DNA from: Albugo candida | Lineage: Eukaryota | Assembly: GCA_040437565.1 (NCBI GenBank) | Contig: JBDOQK010000047.1 | Location: forward strand, 1-64,000 | Length of the DNA: 64,000 nt | Reading direction: 5' to 3' | In this document: positions 1 through 12,339 of the stretch, piece after piece | Position numbering within the stretch: the first letter of the stretch is position 1 | How the letters are laid out: every line of letters begins with the position of its first letter | The notes under the pieces: model-generated | Seen by the model: only the letters and a program-made list of their open reading frames with translations | The model's database searches: none | What the model was told of the DNA's origin: nothing | Made by a program: the position numbers and the translations under genes

Positions 1-379
1 TAGGACAGGTTTATTTTTGTTCGACGAGACAAAATATATTTCAGATCTGGTCCGTTCACATCAAAAGTATTCATTGACAAAACACATCATACTAATGATG
101 TGATTGTGAGAACACGATTCGAATGAATATAAAATGATGGCTGCTACATGCGCCCTTGGGTCTATTGTTCCGTGCACGTTATTCGGAGGGACGGCTGGTC
201 ACAGTCATAGAATAAAGCGTATCGGTGCTAGCAACAAACCCAAGCATATCCTCTGAGTTCATTCTTCAGCTCGATAAAAAAAACACAGATATGTCCATTC
301 TAAACCGAGAAAGAAAGAAACCTTTCGTACTCTATCACTGAAACTAGTAAAACAACATAAATCATAGGAGGAAATTATG

Positions 380-954
380 CGGCTGCGTCTTGCCTCTGTT
401 GCAGGATACTTCAGGCTTATACTCTGCGGCAGTGAGGTATAGTTAATTCATTTGCACATTCTCTAGCGCAATTTGTTTTATTCATTAATGGTCTATCGTG
501 ATTGCAAAATAGAGAGTTGCTGCCTCGCGAATGATTGCGGCGCCGAATGGAACGGGCGTTGTTTGCCGAGATACTTCGTCGATGGGGACGTTTCTATCTT
601 GAAACTGGTTTTATTACCGATAGCAAGCAGGGAAGCATGATTAAACAATTAGTTTATTAGAGGATGAAGATGTCATTGCAGATATGCAGCTTTACCTTCG
701 AAACAATAAATTCTGCATAGTACCAGCGGATTTTACCAAGCATGTCAATGAGCAAATACTTTCAAAAATTGATCCCACCGCATCTATCCACCTCAGCACT
801 GTGACCCACTGAATGAAGGTACTTGGACTACGCTATTCAGAGGTGAAGAAAGGCATGTACGTTGATGGTCATGATCGAGCAGATGTCTTGGCATATCGTA
901 CTCAGTTTTTGGAACGAATGAGAATCTATGAGCCATTTATGCCGGAATTTGCTG
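380..954 (+). pseudogene. Decayed DDE/Tc1-mariner-like transposase fragment, cut off by an N gap
   Basis: Piecewise translation gives ...ILRRWGRFYLETGFITDSKQG / LLEDEDVIADMQLYLRNNKF...HLSTVTH*MKVLGLRYSEVKKGMYVDGHDRADVLAYRTQFLERM. The KKG-Y-DGH-R-DV--YR motif resembles transposase-derived proteins I know from fungi. There is an in-frame TGA and frameshifts. The 5' boundary is approximate. Confidence 0.55.
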
Positions 955-1386
955 NNNNNNNNNNNNNNNNNNNNNNNNNNNNNNNNNNNNNNNNNNNNNN
1001 NNNNNNNNNNNNNNNNNNNNNNNNNNNNNNNNNNNNNNNNNNNNNNNNNNNNNNCTGTATGAAGCTGTAAGTATAATATAAAGATAATATATTACACTTG
1101 TACTCAAACCCTAAACCCTAATTTGCCCACTGATGGCGGCCAAATTTTTACGCTTCCATAGGAAATACTAGTTAAATCTAGAGAAATAAGGCAACTTATA
1201 GAGCCTTATAAATTATCCAAAAACCATCCAATGAAAACTTGAAGCCTTTTGTTTTGAAGCGCTAAACTGTACCTATCATATAAAATCTCTGTTTTTGTCA
1301 TGCGATGATTTATGCGTGAAGAGTAGTGAATTTACTAAGGCCTAAGAAAGTCACAGGTTATAGGTGATGTGCACTGTAGCTAGTCT

Positions 1387-1522
1387 TGTTGTAATTTTTG
1401 GTATTTTGCAGAGGGAGAATTCTTCGCAGGGGTGGTAAAAATGAAAATTAGTATTAACCTTAAAACCTAGACATGTACTTAGCTAGATAGTTCAACCGTA
1501 CATAGGAGCTTCATCATCAACA
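1387..1522 (-). repeat. 3' LTR of the Copia element
   Basis: Direct repeat of 5495-5630 with 9 mismatches in 136 bp by manual alignment. On the minus strand it is preceded by the polypurine tract GGAGGGGGAG. Confidence 0.95.
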
Positions 1523-1533
1523 CTCCCCCTCCA

Positions 1534-4500
1534 TTAATAAGTTCCAGTGCCTGACTTGGTCACGAGAAACCTGAACTTCTTTGTCGAAATCGCGTTGGTT
1601 AGGAAAGCAGCTAATTGCAGCCGAGTCTCAATGTACTCCAGGTGAACATTCTTGGCCTTAACATGATCGCGTACAAAATGATAGCGAATATCAATGTGTT
1701 TCGCACGATTCTGACGTCCTTCGTTCTTTGCTATTGCATTAATAGACTCTTTGCCCACAACACTTCTTGAATGCACAATGAAAGTGCCACGTATTTGGCT
1801 TCCGCTGTACTTAGAAAGACACTGTGTTGCATTTTGACTTGAAAATCACTGGAGAATTGTTAACCATTACCATCACTCCTGACGTCGAACGTCGATTGTC
1901 CTTGTTACTTCCCCAATCGGCATCACTGAACGCACTAAGCATTAGCTCGCCAGACTTTCTTCCATAGCAAATTCCATTTATTTCCGTAGTCTTCAAGTAA
2001 CGTAGAACGCGAATAGCCGCATTCCAGTGCTCTTCACTTGGCTTCTCCAAATGACGACTCAATTGGCACACAGTGAACGCAATATCTGGTCTTGTTCCGG
2101 TAGCCACGTATAATAGTGACCCCACTAGAGACCGATACGGACGATTCTCCATTCTTGGGTCCTTTTCTTCACACTTGGATTGTATACCGGTTTTGCCGTT
2201 ACTTGGTTAAACTCCTCTGTCATTCTGGCGATGCATGCACTCTGACTGATCTTGAGCTGCTTCACACTCATATTGTACTCGACTTCGATGCCGAGAATAA
2301 AACGCACTTTACCTAGCGTTTTTAGCTGAAAATGACCAAATAGTTTTTCTGCGACTTTCTTGATTAGTTAGTCAAAACTCCTCCAACAAGCATGTCATCG
2401 ACATACAAAATCACGTATACCCATGAAACTTGGTCATCTTGACGAACAAATACACACGCGTCCGAAACGCATTACTTAAATCCCATGTTCATAATAACAC
2501 GTGAAATTATCTTGAACCACGTAGCAGCAGCTTGCTTTAGTCCGTACAAACTTCGATTCAGCTTTAGAACTTGATCAGGTCGCGTTTCAACACCTTGAGG
2601 CGTGTATATATACACATCTTCTTCCAACACACGATTGCAAATGCCGTGTCAACATCATATTGATGGATTGTCCTACCTTTATGACAGCATACTGCCAGGA
2701 AGATACGAATCGAATTTCGATTCGCAACAGGTGAGTACGTCTCGTAGTAATCGACTCCATAGGTTTGACGATAACCTAATACCACTAGTCGATCCTTGTA
2801 GCGCTCAAACTCACCCCGCTCATTTCTCTTATCGCAAAAACCTACTTTGTTCCGATCACTTTTTTATTCGGAGGTTTCGCCAACGCCGTCCACGTGTTCA
2901 TTGAGTGCAATGCCTTTAACTCGGTCTTGATTGCCTCACTCCCCATCTTTGATTGTGGAGACTTCATCGCATCTTTATATATTGACGGTGTTTCCAGCGC
3001 TGCATTGGCTTGTTCATCTTCAAGGCGGTACCTTTTCTTTGCACGCTCCATTGATTCATCACTAGTTGTAGTCACGATGGCGTCTGATGTTTTAATCGGA
3101 AGCAGAGCGTGATAATTGTTACTCCATGGTGTTTCAAGTAGGGCATTGTGTTCACGCACTTGAGAAAAACCTTCACGCCTCCTGGGCACAATGTCCAGAC
3201 TTGTATCCATATCGAAATCAGTTGTTGCTCTCCATAGTTACATCATCATTTCCAAATAGTGGTTGAGATGCATGCACGAGATCTTGACTGGGACTTAGAC
3301 ATCCAAATTCACTTGGAGGCGAAATAATTTGATCATATCCAGTCTGATCCACCACCATCGGTTCTTCGTCACTTGGGGCATGAATAACTGGTGATCGCAC
3401 CATGACATCATCATCGTCGTCATTGTGATGCGTGCATGGTGTGAACTGACTATCGCCAACAACTTGCACGTATTGAGACTTGAGTAATTCTTGAAATATT
3501 ACCGATCGCGTAATCTCCAGTTGTTGTGAATCATTATTCCAGACTCTGTATCCCTTGACATCATGTGCATACCCCAAGAACATGCATCGAAATGACGTTT
3601 TGTCCATCTTCTGCCGCTTTGCCTTTACAACGTAACCGAAACCTTGAGCACCAAAAACTCGAATGGATGATAAGTTGGGTTTGGTTCCAAAACATACTTC
3701 GAACGGTGTTTTAATCGGACTAGCAGCGCATGTAATTCTATTGGTCACATACACCGCGGTGTTAATGGCTTGGGCCCACCACTTTTTCTCAACGTGCATG
3801 TGATTTAGCATAGATCTTGCGCGCTCCGTGAGTGTTCTGTTCATTCGTTCTTCCATGCCGTTTTGCTGTGGCGAATACGGCACTGACGCTTGATGAATGA
3901 TTCCGAACTTCCGACACACTTCTGCAAAACGCTTGTTTATATATTCTCCACCTTTGTCGGTGCGAATACACTTAATCGTGGTGTTCAAATGGTTTTCCAT
4001 CATCGACTTGTACTCAATGAATTTTTCCAACGCATCTGACTTGTGTACTATGAAATACAAGACCACATATCGCGAATAGTCATCCAGGAACGTTACAACA
4101 AGTCTTGCTCCACCCTGTGACTTGGTCTCCATTGGACCCATTGCATCACTGTAACTATCTGAAGCAGCGGTGTGGTCTTTACTTCACCGTAACTTGCTTT
4201 CGGAAACGGTTTGACCGTCGACTTCCCAGTCACACATCCTTCACAGATATCGTCGTGTTCATCATCGACAGAGGGCGAATCTTTTATCTTGAATCCCTCG
4301 ACACACTTTTTGAGGTTTCTCATGGCCTCGATCGGTAAATGTCCCAATCGTGCATACCATATATCTTGACTGATTGGTCGAGCTCCATTCCCGACCTCTT
4401 CCCTCGTGCTTGCTGATTCCAAGGTATTGCATTCCAGCACAAACACTTTCCCTTTTGGGCCACTTGAGTCATCACTTCTTTTTCATTCATTATCACACAT

Positions 4501-5490
4501 GTCTTGTTGCTGAATGTCACATGCAAACCTTGTCTAGACATTGCATTTATTGAAAGGAGTCTACGATCCAGCTCCGGTACGTATAAGACATCTTTAATAC
4601 GAATTGGCTTCTTGTTCTTAAGTACAACACGGATTGTTCCATCAGCAGCCACTGACTCTCCATTCGCACTTGAAATTTTAACCGACTTATCCAAGAGCGA
4701 ATCTCCACGAACTCATTTCGAAATGGGATCATGTGACTACTCGCACCACTGTCGAGTAACCAACCATCCGCACCATGTTCATTAACTGTTAACGCAATCT
4801 TGTTTCTTTTGTCCATACTTGTTGCAAATAAATCATTTCCCGGAGAACTTGTTTCTTGATTCCTTCGACCAATTACTCCTGCTCTTGAAGTTTCTTGTTG
4901 CCTTCAGAGCGAGTTCACTCTTTTCCTTTCGAGCAATGCCTTCGTATTCACGACGAAGTATCTCCTTGGCTCGAAATGGGTCGATGTCCTGTATGTTTTC
5001 TACCATCTTTATGATCTGGTCGTATTCATCCGACAAACTTCCAAGCAAAATCACAAGCAGCTCATCGTGGGAATTTCATCACCGATGGCTTGCATTGTCA
5101 TGCACAACTCATCAAACTTGAGAAAATGTTCCATCAAATCTCCTCCCCTCTGCATTTTGAACTCGTGAAGCTGCCGACGCGTCTGTACCCGATTGTGAAT
5201 GCTTTTACGGAGAAAGAAGCTCTTCAAAATTTCCCATGCTTCTGCCGTCGTTCCTGCGTTCCGAAGCATGGACTGAAAACTTGGGCTTAGCAAAGTACAA
5301 ACATTTGCGAAGGCCTTCATGTCACGACTATCCATTGTGACACTCTGGCGTCTCCTCCGCTCGGCGCCTTCGTCGCGTCGATGTGTTCAAGCAGGCCCTT
5401 CTTGGCGAGTTTCATCCGTGCGTTGAATTCCCATACGAAGTAGCTGTCTTCCTTAAGCACATCGTTTCCATCAGCCGTACTTGGGCTCAT
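1534..5490 (-). pseudogene. Copia gag-pol polyprotein, broken by multiple frameshifts and stops
   Basis: ORF pieces 5317-5565, 5051-5335, 4833-5054, 4547-4816, 4320-4694, 4093-4446, 3218-4141, 2842-3210, 2564-2785, 2125-2307, 1811-2152 and 1534-1776 each carry successive gag/PR/IN/RT/RH motifs. The gag ATG (MSPSTADG...) is at 5490. Confidence 0.93.
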
Positions 5491-5494
5491 AACC
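5481..5494 (-). promoter_or_regulatory. Primer-binding site GGTTATGAGCCCAA (internal, half-tRNA-iMet type)
   Basis: It abuts the 5' LTR directly. It is complementary to the GGGCTCATAACC anticodon arm of initiator tRNA-Met, as in yeast Ty5 and Drosophila copia. Confidence 0.85.
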
Positions 5495-5630
5495 TGTCGT
5501 AATTGTTGGTAAGTTGTAGAGGGAGAATTCTTCGCAGGGGTGGTAAAAATGATAAGTAGTATCAACCTTAAAACCTAGACGTGTACTTAGCTAGATAGTT
5601 CAACCGTACATAGGAGCTTCATCATCAACA
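5495..5630 (-). repeat. 5' LTR of the Copia element
   Basis: Direct repeat of 1387-1522, followed on the + strand by the TSD AGTCT. Confidence 0.95.
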
Positions 5631-7003
5631 AGTCTAAGCCTTCTCGTATTAGACGCCCACAGCCACTAATTTATTGTCCGATAGCTGCAGATTGATTAGC
5701 CTGATGTGCTCCACACTGGTTCAGGGGCATCAGCTTCAACAGATCCAGTCACGGTCTACGGTACTCACTCTATGAAACTTTCGCTGTCCACAAAGTGTCG
5801 CATGAATGAGCTGCGTGGAATGAACATGGCTCGTTCAAGATTCTGAAACAGGTATCAGGTATAAGTATTCAATTTGGCGATGTCTTGTTGTAAACGTCTG
5901 GCTGCAAGTGTGATAATTACAAACCAAGAGAATTATGGCCAAAAGTACAAGGTATGCTGATGCGAATCATGTCAAGCCAGTTAGCTATGAACTCAATACG
6001 TTAATGTACAATTTGCGTAGATAAAACATTATATCAGGGAACATCGGGATAATAACGTGGTTCGTGCCGGTATTTTCAACACTTTGTTTTAGAAGTCATA
6101 CGCAGTAGCCGATGATGTGTATCGCTCCGGGACATAGTTTGAATATCAGTAATAGTAAAGAATTTCATAGTTCAGCTTTCTTTCCGGAAGGTTACATCAA
6201 AGCTACGAACTCTCGATGCAACACAAGCACGAAGCTCACCTATTGCTATCCGGCGTGTACGTTTGGGTAACGGGTAAATGGTTAAGTAGATGATCTTTCT
6301 CTCAATTTAAACGCTACAAGTCACAGAGGGCTTCCGTGATTGCAGCCGCTTCTCAGATAAGTCAATGTACTTAAATTGGAAATAACAGGACACGGCATAG
6401 TTCGAACCATCCAGAGCAAGGATTTCCTTTCCTCCAGCATCGGACTAGATCTACGACAATAGAGTTCGGAATGTTTAGACCGCATTAAATTCGACTCGGT
6501 TTGCTTAGTTCAGCACCGAATTTCTACGTAAAATAGCTGAGTTACGACAGTGGTGTCATTACCTTAAATACCATGTCCTTCGCATTGGCATGATAGATTT
6601 TTCAAATATTTTTCTTCATGATGGAAAGTAATACTGATAGAGGATCACTTTGTTTGACCTGCGCTGCGGCATAAATGGTGGTGTCATAGTTTCTGTAATT
6701 ACCAACTGCGCCTTCGCGTCGGTAAAAAGACAATCCCAGTCTTTTGTCAAAGGCCTTTTTCCAAAACGCAAGACATGTTAGTCTATTAGACTCGCTCATA
6801 AGCTTATAAAGCAATGAATTCAGTCTGTGTTGCCCGAATCACACATGATCCTTCTTCAAATAGTAAGCTGATGCCAGTTGGCGCTGTGATGAAAGTATGG
6901 TATCTTTTTCCAGCTGATATTAGAACACGATCTTCAGACACTCGATGGAAATTATGTAGCAGGCTGATAAGATGCAGTTGGTAGTCCTTGCATCTCTAGA
7001 GAC

Positions 7004-8807
7004 GCACATTTCTATTCCTGTATAATCGCTTGGGTGTATTGATCGTATTTTAGCGACTATGCAATTATTGTGTGAATTTTTTTGGGTATCATTCGATGAG
7101 AAAGGGATATGCCAGCCGTTGTCGCAATTCTAGTAGCGATTGTCAAGGCTATAGAACAAACAGCGAGACTTGTTAAGATCGGGGAAATAGCCCCAGCAAC
7201 AGCTAGATTCACTTCTGAAGATATTTATAGCGTCGATTATGGCTTCCATCGTGTTATTGAGGAGAAGTGGTGGATGATAATGATACAGACTTGAAAATGG
7301 GTACCATCAGAACAATATTCGACCCTTGAGTTCAATATCGACCTCAAATTACAGTTCGGTGCCCGCACAATGAAGACGACAGTATGAAACTTCGAAGTTG
7401 CTTTAGCTGTAAATTTATCTGTTGGTTTGCACTCGAGCAGATTTTTCATCATTACGACGACACTTGCTCAATACAATTAGATCTCCTCAATCGGTAGCTG
7501 GATAATAATAACGAGAGCTTTAACTATTGCTCGCACATTATTTGTTGTTGCTGATTTCCTATGGGCCTTTCCGCCAAGTGATCAATTTAAATTATGAGCT
7601 ACAGCACTTATGATCGCTCATGCTTCCCTGTACAATCATTCTAAATTGCTAATGCTAATAGATCAATCATTGTATATATAACCGTTTGACTCGAGCAATA
7701 ATTATGTTTGATTCTCTCCGGTTAAGAAAAAAAAACCGTTGTGGGATGATTAGTCGCTAAACGGACTCACAATTGTGTGAAAGAGACATATACTTATAAG
7801 ATAAATGTGTGGCTCGGTATTATTTTCTCGCACAATCACTTCTCTTGATATTACANNNNNNNNNNNNNNNNNNNNNNNNNNNNNNNNNNNNNNNNNNNNN
7901 NNNNNNNNNNNNNNNNNNNNNNNNNNNNNNNNNNNNNNNNNNNNNNNNNNNNNNNGCACATTTCTATTCCTGTATAATCGCTTGGGTGTATTGATCGTAT
8001 TTTAGCGACTATGCAATTATTGTGTGAATTTTTTTGGGTATCATTCGATGAGAAAGGGATATGCCAGCCGTTGTCGCAATTCTAGTAGCGATTGTCAAGG
8101 CTATAGAACAAACAGCGAGACTTGTTAAGATCGGGGAAATAGCCCCAGCAACAGCTAGATTCACTTCTGAAGATATTTATAGCGTCGATTATGGCTTCCA
8201 TCGTGTTATTGAGGAGAAGTGGTGGATGATAATGATACAGACTTGAAAATGGGTACCATCAGAACAATATTCGACCCTTGAGTTCAATATCGACCTCAAA
8301 TTACAGTTCGGTGCCCGCACAATGAAGACGACAGTATGAAACTTCGAAGTTGCTTTAGCTGTAAATTTATCTGTTGGTTTGCACTCGAGCAGATTTTTCA
8401 TCATTACGACGACACTTGCTCAATACAATTAGATCTCCTCAATCGGTAGCTGGATAATAATAACGAGAGCTTTAACTATTGCTCGCACATTATTTGTTGT
8501 TGCTGATTTCCTATGGGCCTTTCCGCCAAGTGATCAATTTAAATTATGAGCTACAGCACTTATGATCGCTCATGCTTCCCTGTACAATCATTCTAAATTG
8601 CTAATGCTAATAGATCAATCATTGTATATATAACCGTTTGACTCGAGCAATAATTATGTTTGATTCTCTCCGGTTAAGAAAAAAAAACCGTTGTGGGATG
8701 ATTAGTCGCTAAACGGACTCACAATTGTGTGAAAGAGACATATACTTATAAGATAAATGTGTGGCTCGGTATTATTTTCTCGCACAATCACTTCTCTTGA
8801 TATTACA
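7004..8807. repeat. Gap-flanking direct duplication (7004-7855 = 7956-8807), probable assembly overlap artefact
   Basis: The same 852-bp segment sits on both sides of a 100-N gap, and identical ORFs recur at an offset of 952. Confidence 0.9.
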
Positions 8808-9969
8808 TTTACATTGAATCTCATTGTAGCATTGATCTCCGTAGCTAATTTAATAAGCGCAGCTACTTTATATCGTTCAGAAGCATGATTTGGTCGTGAC
8901 CTACGGGAAGCGTGGTGAATAGCTCGACGAGCTTATGGCGATATCATTCCGCTCAGTATACGAGATAGACCAGCTTAGAGTTTTTAATCATCGAACGAGA
9001 TGTGAGCCTCATTCCCTGCAAGGCAATATATTCTAAATCTAGAATTTACATTCACTGTCTCCATTAATGCGATATTTGAATACGAGCGAGCGTTCGACGT
9101 AGTGCAGAATCTAGAAAGATTCGATATTGCAGGCGACGATTGCAACCTGCGCGTGCTGAAAAAGGGATTAGTCTAAGTTTCTTACCGCGGAAAGAATATT
9201 AAGCTATTCATTTTGCCTCGGGACAAGAAAATATATGGTGACCACCACATTTCGAATAATGAATAAATATGAAACTAGCACAATTTCAAACATGATCCTT
9301 CGCAAGTATAGCAATTCATGGGAGGGGTATGGCTGCCAAATGACATAACGCTTAGTACAGCAGATCGACTGATCGAGAAATTTCAACTATTGCAACAAGA
9401 CTGTTTCTTGTACTAAGAATAAAAGAAGTCGGAGCTAAAAGTAGTGTAGCCAAAAGTCGCAAAGAACTGTCTTTGTGCGCTGACGCGATAGCGTTGTTGT
9501 GCCGCGATGAGGACTGAATGCAATGAAATGACTGAGTTATTGGAGAGATTGCGGACGGGAGAGATAACAAAATCGCAACTATTTGAACAAATTACCAGGT
9601 TGCATCCTACTNNNNNNNNNNNNNNNNNNNNNNNNNNNNNNNNNNNNNNNNNNNNNNNNNNNNNNNNNNNNNNNNNNNNNNNNNNNNNNNNNNNNNNNNN
9701 NNNNNNNNNNNATTTCGAATAATGAATAAATATGAAACTAGCACAATTTCAAACATGATCCTTCGCAAGTATAGCAATTCATGGGAGGGGTATGGCTGCC
9801 AAATGACATAACGCTTAGTACAGCAGATCGACTGATCGAGAAATTTCAACTATTGCAACAAGACTGTTTCTTGTACTAAGAATAAAAGAAGTCGGAGCTA
9901 AAAGTAGTGTAGCCAAAAGTCGCAAAGAACTGTCTTTGTGCGCTGACGCGATAGCGTTGTTGTGCCGCG

Positions 9970-12339
9970 ATGAGGACTGAATGCAATGAAATGACTGAGT
10001 TATTGGAGAGATTGCGGACGGGAGAGATAACAAAATCGCAACTATTTGAACAAATTACCAGGTTGCATCCTACTTCGATTGAGCCAAAGTCACACAGTAT
10101 CAAAAATATAGACTTGATCAGACGATCCACTAGTACTATATCTACTCATGTTGATCCAGTTCAGGAGCTCCTAGCTACGTCTGCTTCTGATTTGAAATCG
10201 AGGTTTCCCATTGTATGTACGCACAGTGATTTATCACAAGAATGTTCGTCTGAAGAGGAGGATTCCAGTGCACGAAGTTCAGTACTGGCGCAAAGAGATT
10301 TTTGCCAGTCTGTCAGTAGTGGCGGAGCTAGAATAAATCAGTCAAAAGGCTCCGCAAATTACAAATCTCAGCAAGTGCTGGACATCACGAAGTCCGAATC
10401 GTATAACATTGAGAAAGATTGTCGTGAAGAAGTGGAAAATGATGATTCAAACGCTAGCTCTCCTATAACAGGACTAGCAAATGCTGATGAAATCGGGAAA
10501 TTGAATTCTATGGTCAACTCACGTGTTTATTCCAGCACTGCGTTAGGCTTACGTGAGCATATTTTATCTCAAACACGCCAGAACTCTACGAGTAGCAAGG
10601 AAATGACGAAGAGTATTTCTTACGCTTATCGACCATTCAATACTGATGAGGATATTTTGGTCGATACAAAAGATAGAAGAAGAAAAAGTGTAGACGATTT
10701 TACGCGTGATCAACGTAACGAACCTCTTCAGCAGTCATTCTCTCTTTCAAATTCAGCTCACATGAGCCCTAAAGATGACGGTTTTCATTCTGATGGCAGT
10801 ACAAAACGAGAAAAGAAACACAGTAGCAGCAATAATTTTCACACACGAGTCTTGAGGTGGCTAGCTCGGAAAGATTCTCAACAAGAGCATATCAAACAAC
10901 AGTTACTTTTGACGGAATTAAAAGACTGCAGCTTTTCACCACAGCTCAACTCAAAATCGATGAGATTTGCTGAGATGTCAAGAATTCGTAAAGGTTTTGT
11001 AACAAACAAGGCCAACTGTACTGCAAGTTATGCTGCGTCTGAGCGCCTTTATCAGCAAAAAGGTCGGTACAAGGAACGTGAGGAGCTTACGGCACGTTTC
11101 ATGGACCAACAGGAAGCTATCCTGCGTCAGGAGTGTACTTTCCAACCACAGATAAATATCAGCTATGCAGTATCAACTAAGGTCAGATCCAAATATCTGG
11201 AGAAAGCAGTCCCTTCGCCAGCAACATATGCTGCTCATGCACAAGCAAGTGAATATGCATTGAAGGAGTGCACCTTTAAACCAAAAGTCAATACCATCAG
11301 TCCATCAATGATCTCGGCACATCTTTATTTGAAGCAGAATATTTTTGACCGCCTGAGTCGTATGGAGCCCCAAAAAAAAAGTTCAAATTTCGCAGGGTGC
11401 CAAAACGATTCAGAATTACGTCCGTCCAATCAAACTGAAAGCGATTTGTTCGTGAATCAAGCAACTGATCCAGATGCTTTTGATTTGATCACAAGTGACC
11501 TTACCGGGCAGGATAGTCCAAGTGGAATTGCTCTGAGTCGGTCTATATCAGGATTTTTAAGAGACACTAATTCGATTCGTCAGCGGAATTGCTCGTCAAA
11601 AAAATCTAGGCCACACTCAGCGGGGAAGGTCCTTGTGAAGGGAAAGGAACAAGATCAGCGATTTCGGAATTTTATCGAGCGACAGCATTTTTATGAACAA
11701 GCAAAACATCAACGACTCGAGAAGTCCAAACAACAAAAACAGTCAAATCATAGATTCTCAATGAACAAACATTCAGCAAAGATGATGGCTAATGGTCGGA
11801 AAGGAGAATTTTTGGAACGGGTTACTAAAGATTTGATCATGAGAGAGCGAGAAGCTTTGAAGAAAAATTATATGAGCTACGCCGACCCTCATTGCACATT
11901 TCGACCCAAAATTAATCAAACAAGCGCAAGGAGAAAAGCTCGTTCTATAATGGAATTAAGTCGGGGAGATCTGCTTCGTCGTGAAACTGCAAAAAGACTG
12001 GTGAAAATCCAAATGGAACAAGATGAAATGGCACGCTTGACTTTCCATCCTCAGCTCAATCCAATTTCAGACAAGGCTCATAGTAAACTCAAGATTCTCA
12101 AGAGCCCTGAAACGTATTTGCAACGTGTGAGGCAACAAATTGATATCCGAGAAAAAAAGCAACGGAATGCAGCAAAAGAAAAAGAGGCAAAAGAACTTAC
12201 AAAGTGCACGTTTCACCCGAGTACCATCCAAGCTCCCGCTTATGTACATCATATCGCCAAAAGTGCTTCGATACGAAAGAGATTACGGCAGCAGACGGAT
12301 AACCAACGCCGTAAAGAGTCCGTGGAGCAATGGAAATAA
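9970..12339 (+). CDS. Hypothetical 789-aa protein with six dispersed (C)TFxPxIN-like repeats and charged helical segments
   Basis: Long intact ORF from ATG to TAA. Repeats: DCSFSPQLN, ECTFQPQIN, ECTFKPKVN, HCTFRPKIN, RLTFHPQLN, KCTFHPSTI. Its first 35 codons are also duplicated at 9507-9611, before a gap. Confidence 0.85.
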   Translation: MRTECNEMTELLERLRTGEITKSQLFEQITRLHPTSIEPKSHSIKNIDLIRRSTSTISTHVDPVQELLATSASDLKSRFPIVCTHSDLSQECSSEEEDSSARSSVLAQRDFCQSVSSGGARINQSKGSANYKSQQVLDITKSESYNIEKDCREEVENDDSNASSPITGLANADEIGKLNSMVNSRVYSSTALGLREHILSQTRQNSTSSKEMTKSISYAYRPFNTDEDILVDTKDRRRKSVDDFTRDQRNEPLQQSFSLSNSAHMSPKDDGFHSDGSTKREKKHSSSNNFHTRVLRWLARKDSQQEHIKQQLLLTELKDCSFSPQLNSKSMRFAEMSRIRKGFVTNKANCTASYAASERLYQQKGRYKEREELTARFMDQQEAILRQECTFQPQINISYAVSTKVRSKYLEKAVPSPATYAAHAQASEYALKECTFKPKVNTISPSMISAHLYLKQNIFDRLSRMEPQKKSSNFAGCQNDSELRPSNQTESDLFVNQATDPDAFDLITSDLTGQDSPSGIALSRSISGFLRDTNSIRQRNCSSKKSRPHSAGKVLVKGKEQDQRFRNFIERQHFYEQAKHQRLEKSKQQKQSNHRFSMNKHSAKMMANGRKGEFLERVTKDLIMREREALKKNYMSYADPHCTFRPKINQTSARRKARSIMELSRGDLLRRETAKRLVKIQMEQDEMARLTFHPQLNPISDKAHSKLKILKSPETYLQRVRQQIDIREKKQRNAAKEKEAKELTKCTFHPSTIQAPAYVHHIAKSASIRKRLRQQTDNQRRKESVEQWK

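Larger units (their letters stand above)
1387..5630 (-). mobile_element. Full-length but inactivated Ty1/Copia LTR retrotransposon (~4.24 kb)
   Basis: 136-bp LTRs (TG...CA) at 1387-1522 and 5495-5630. A 5-bp TSD AGTCT lies at 1382-1386 and 5631-5635. The PBS is at 5481-5494 and the PPT at 1523-1532. Minus-strand fragments are in Copia order: gag, broken zinc knuckle, protease (WLLDSGASSHM), GAG-pre-integrase, integrase (FLDDYSRY, RTDKGGEY, PQQNGMEERMNRT), RT (VILYVDDMLV) and RNase H (FSDADWGS, AKHIDIRYHFVRD). Confidence 0.97.

Noticed and set aside
1106-1121. AAACCCTAAACCCTAA, two telomere-like (CCCTAAA) units
   Set aside because: Only two units. Too short to call a telomere or interstitial array; it could be chance or part of a TE end.
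5640-7800. Short minus-strand ORFs that might be a decayed lineage-specific (effector-like) gene
   Set aside because: Frequent stops, no signal peptide with an ATG, and no clear CxxCxxxxxG or RxLR motif.
8946-8975. GCTCAGTATACGAGA resembles the LSU rRNA sarcin-ricin loop, and CCTACGGGA at ~8900 resembles an SSU primer site
   Set aside because: The matches are short and imperfect, and the flanks show no rRNA similarity.
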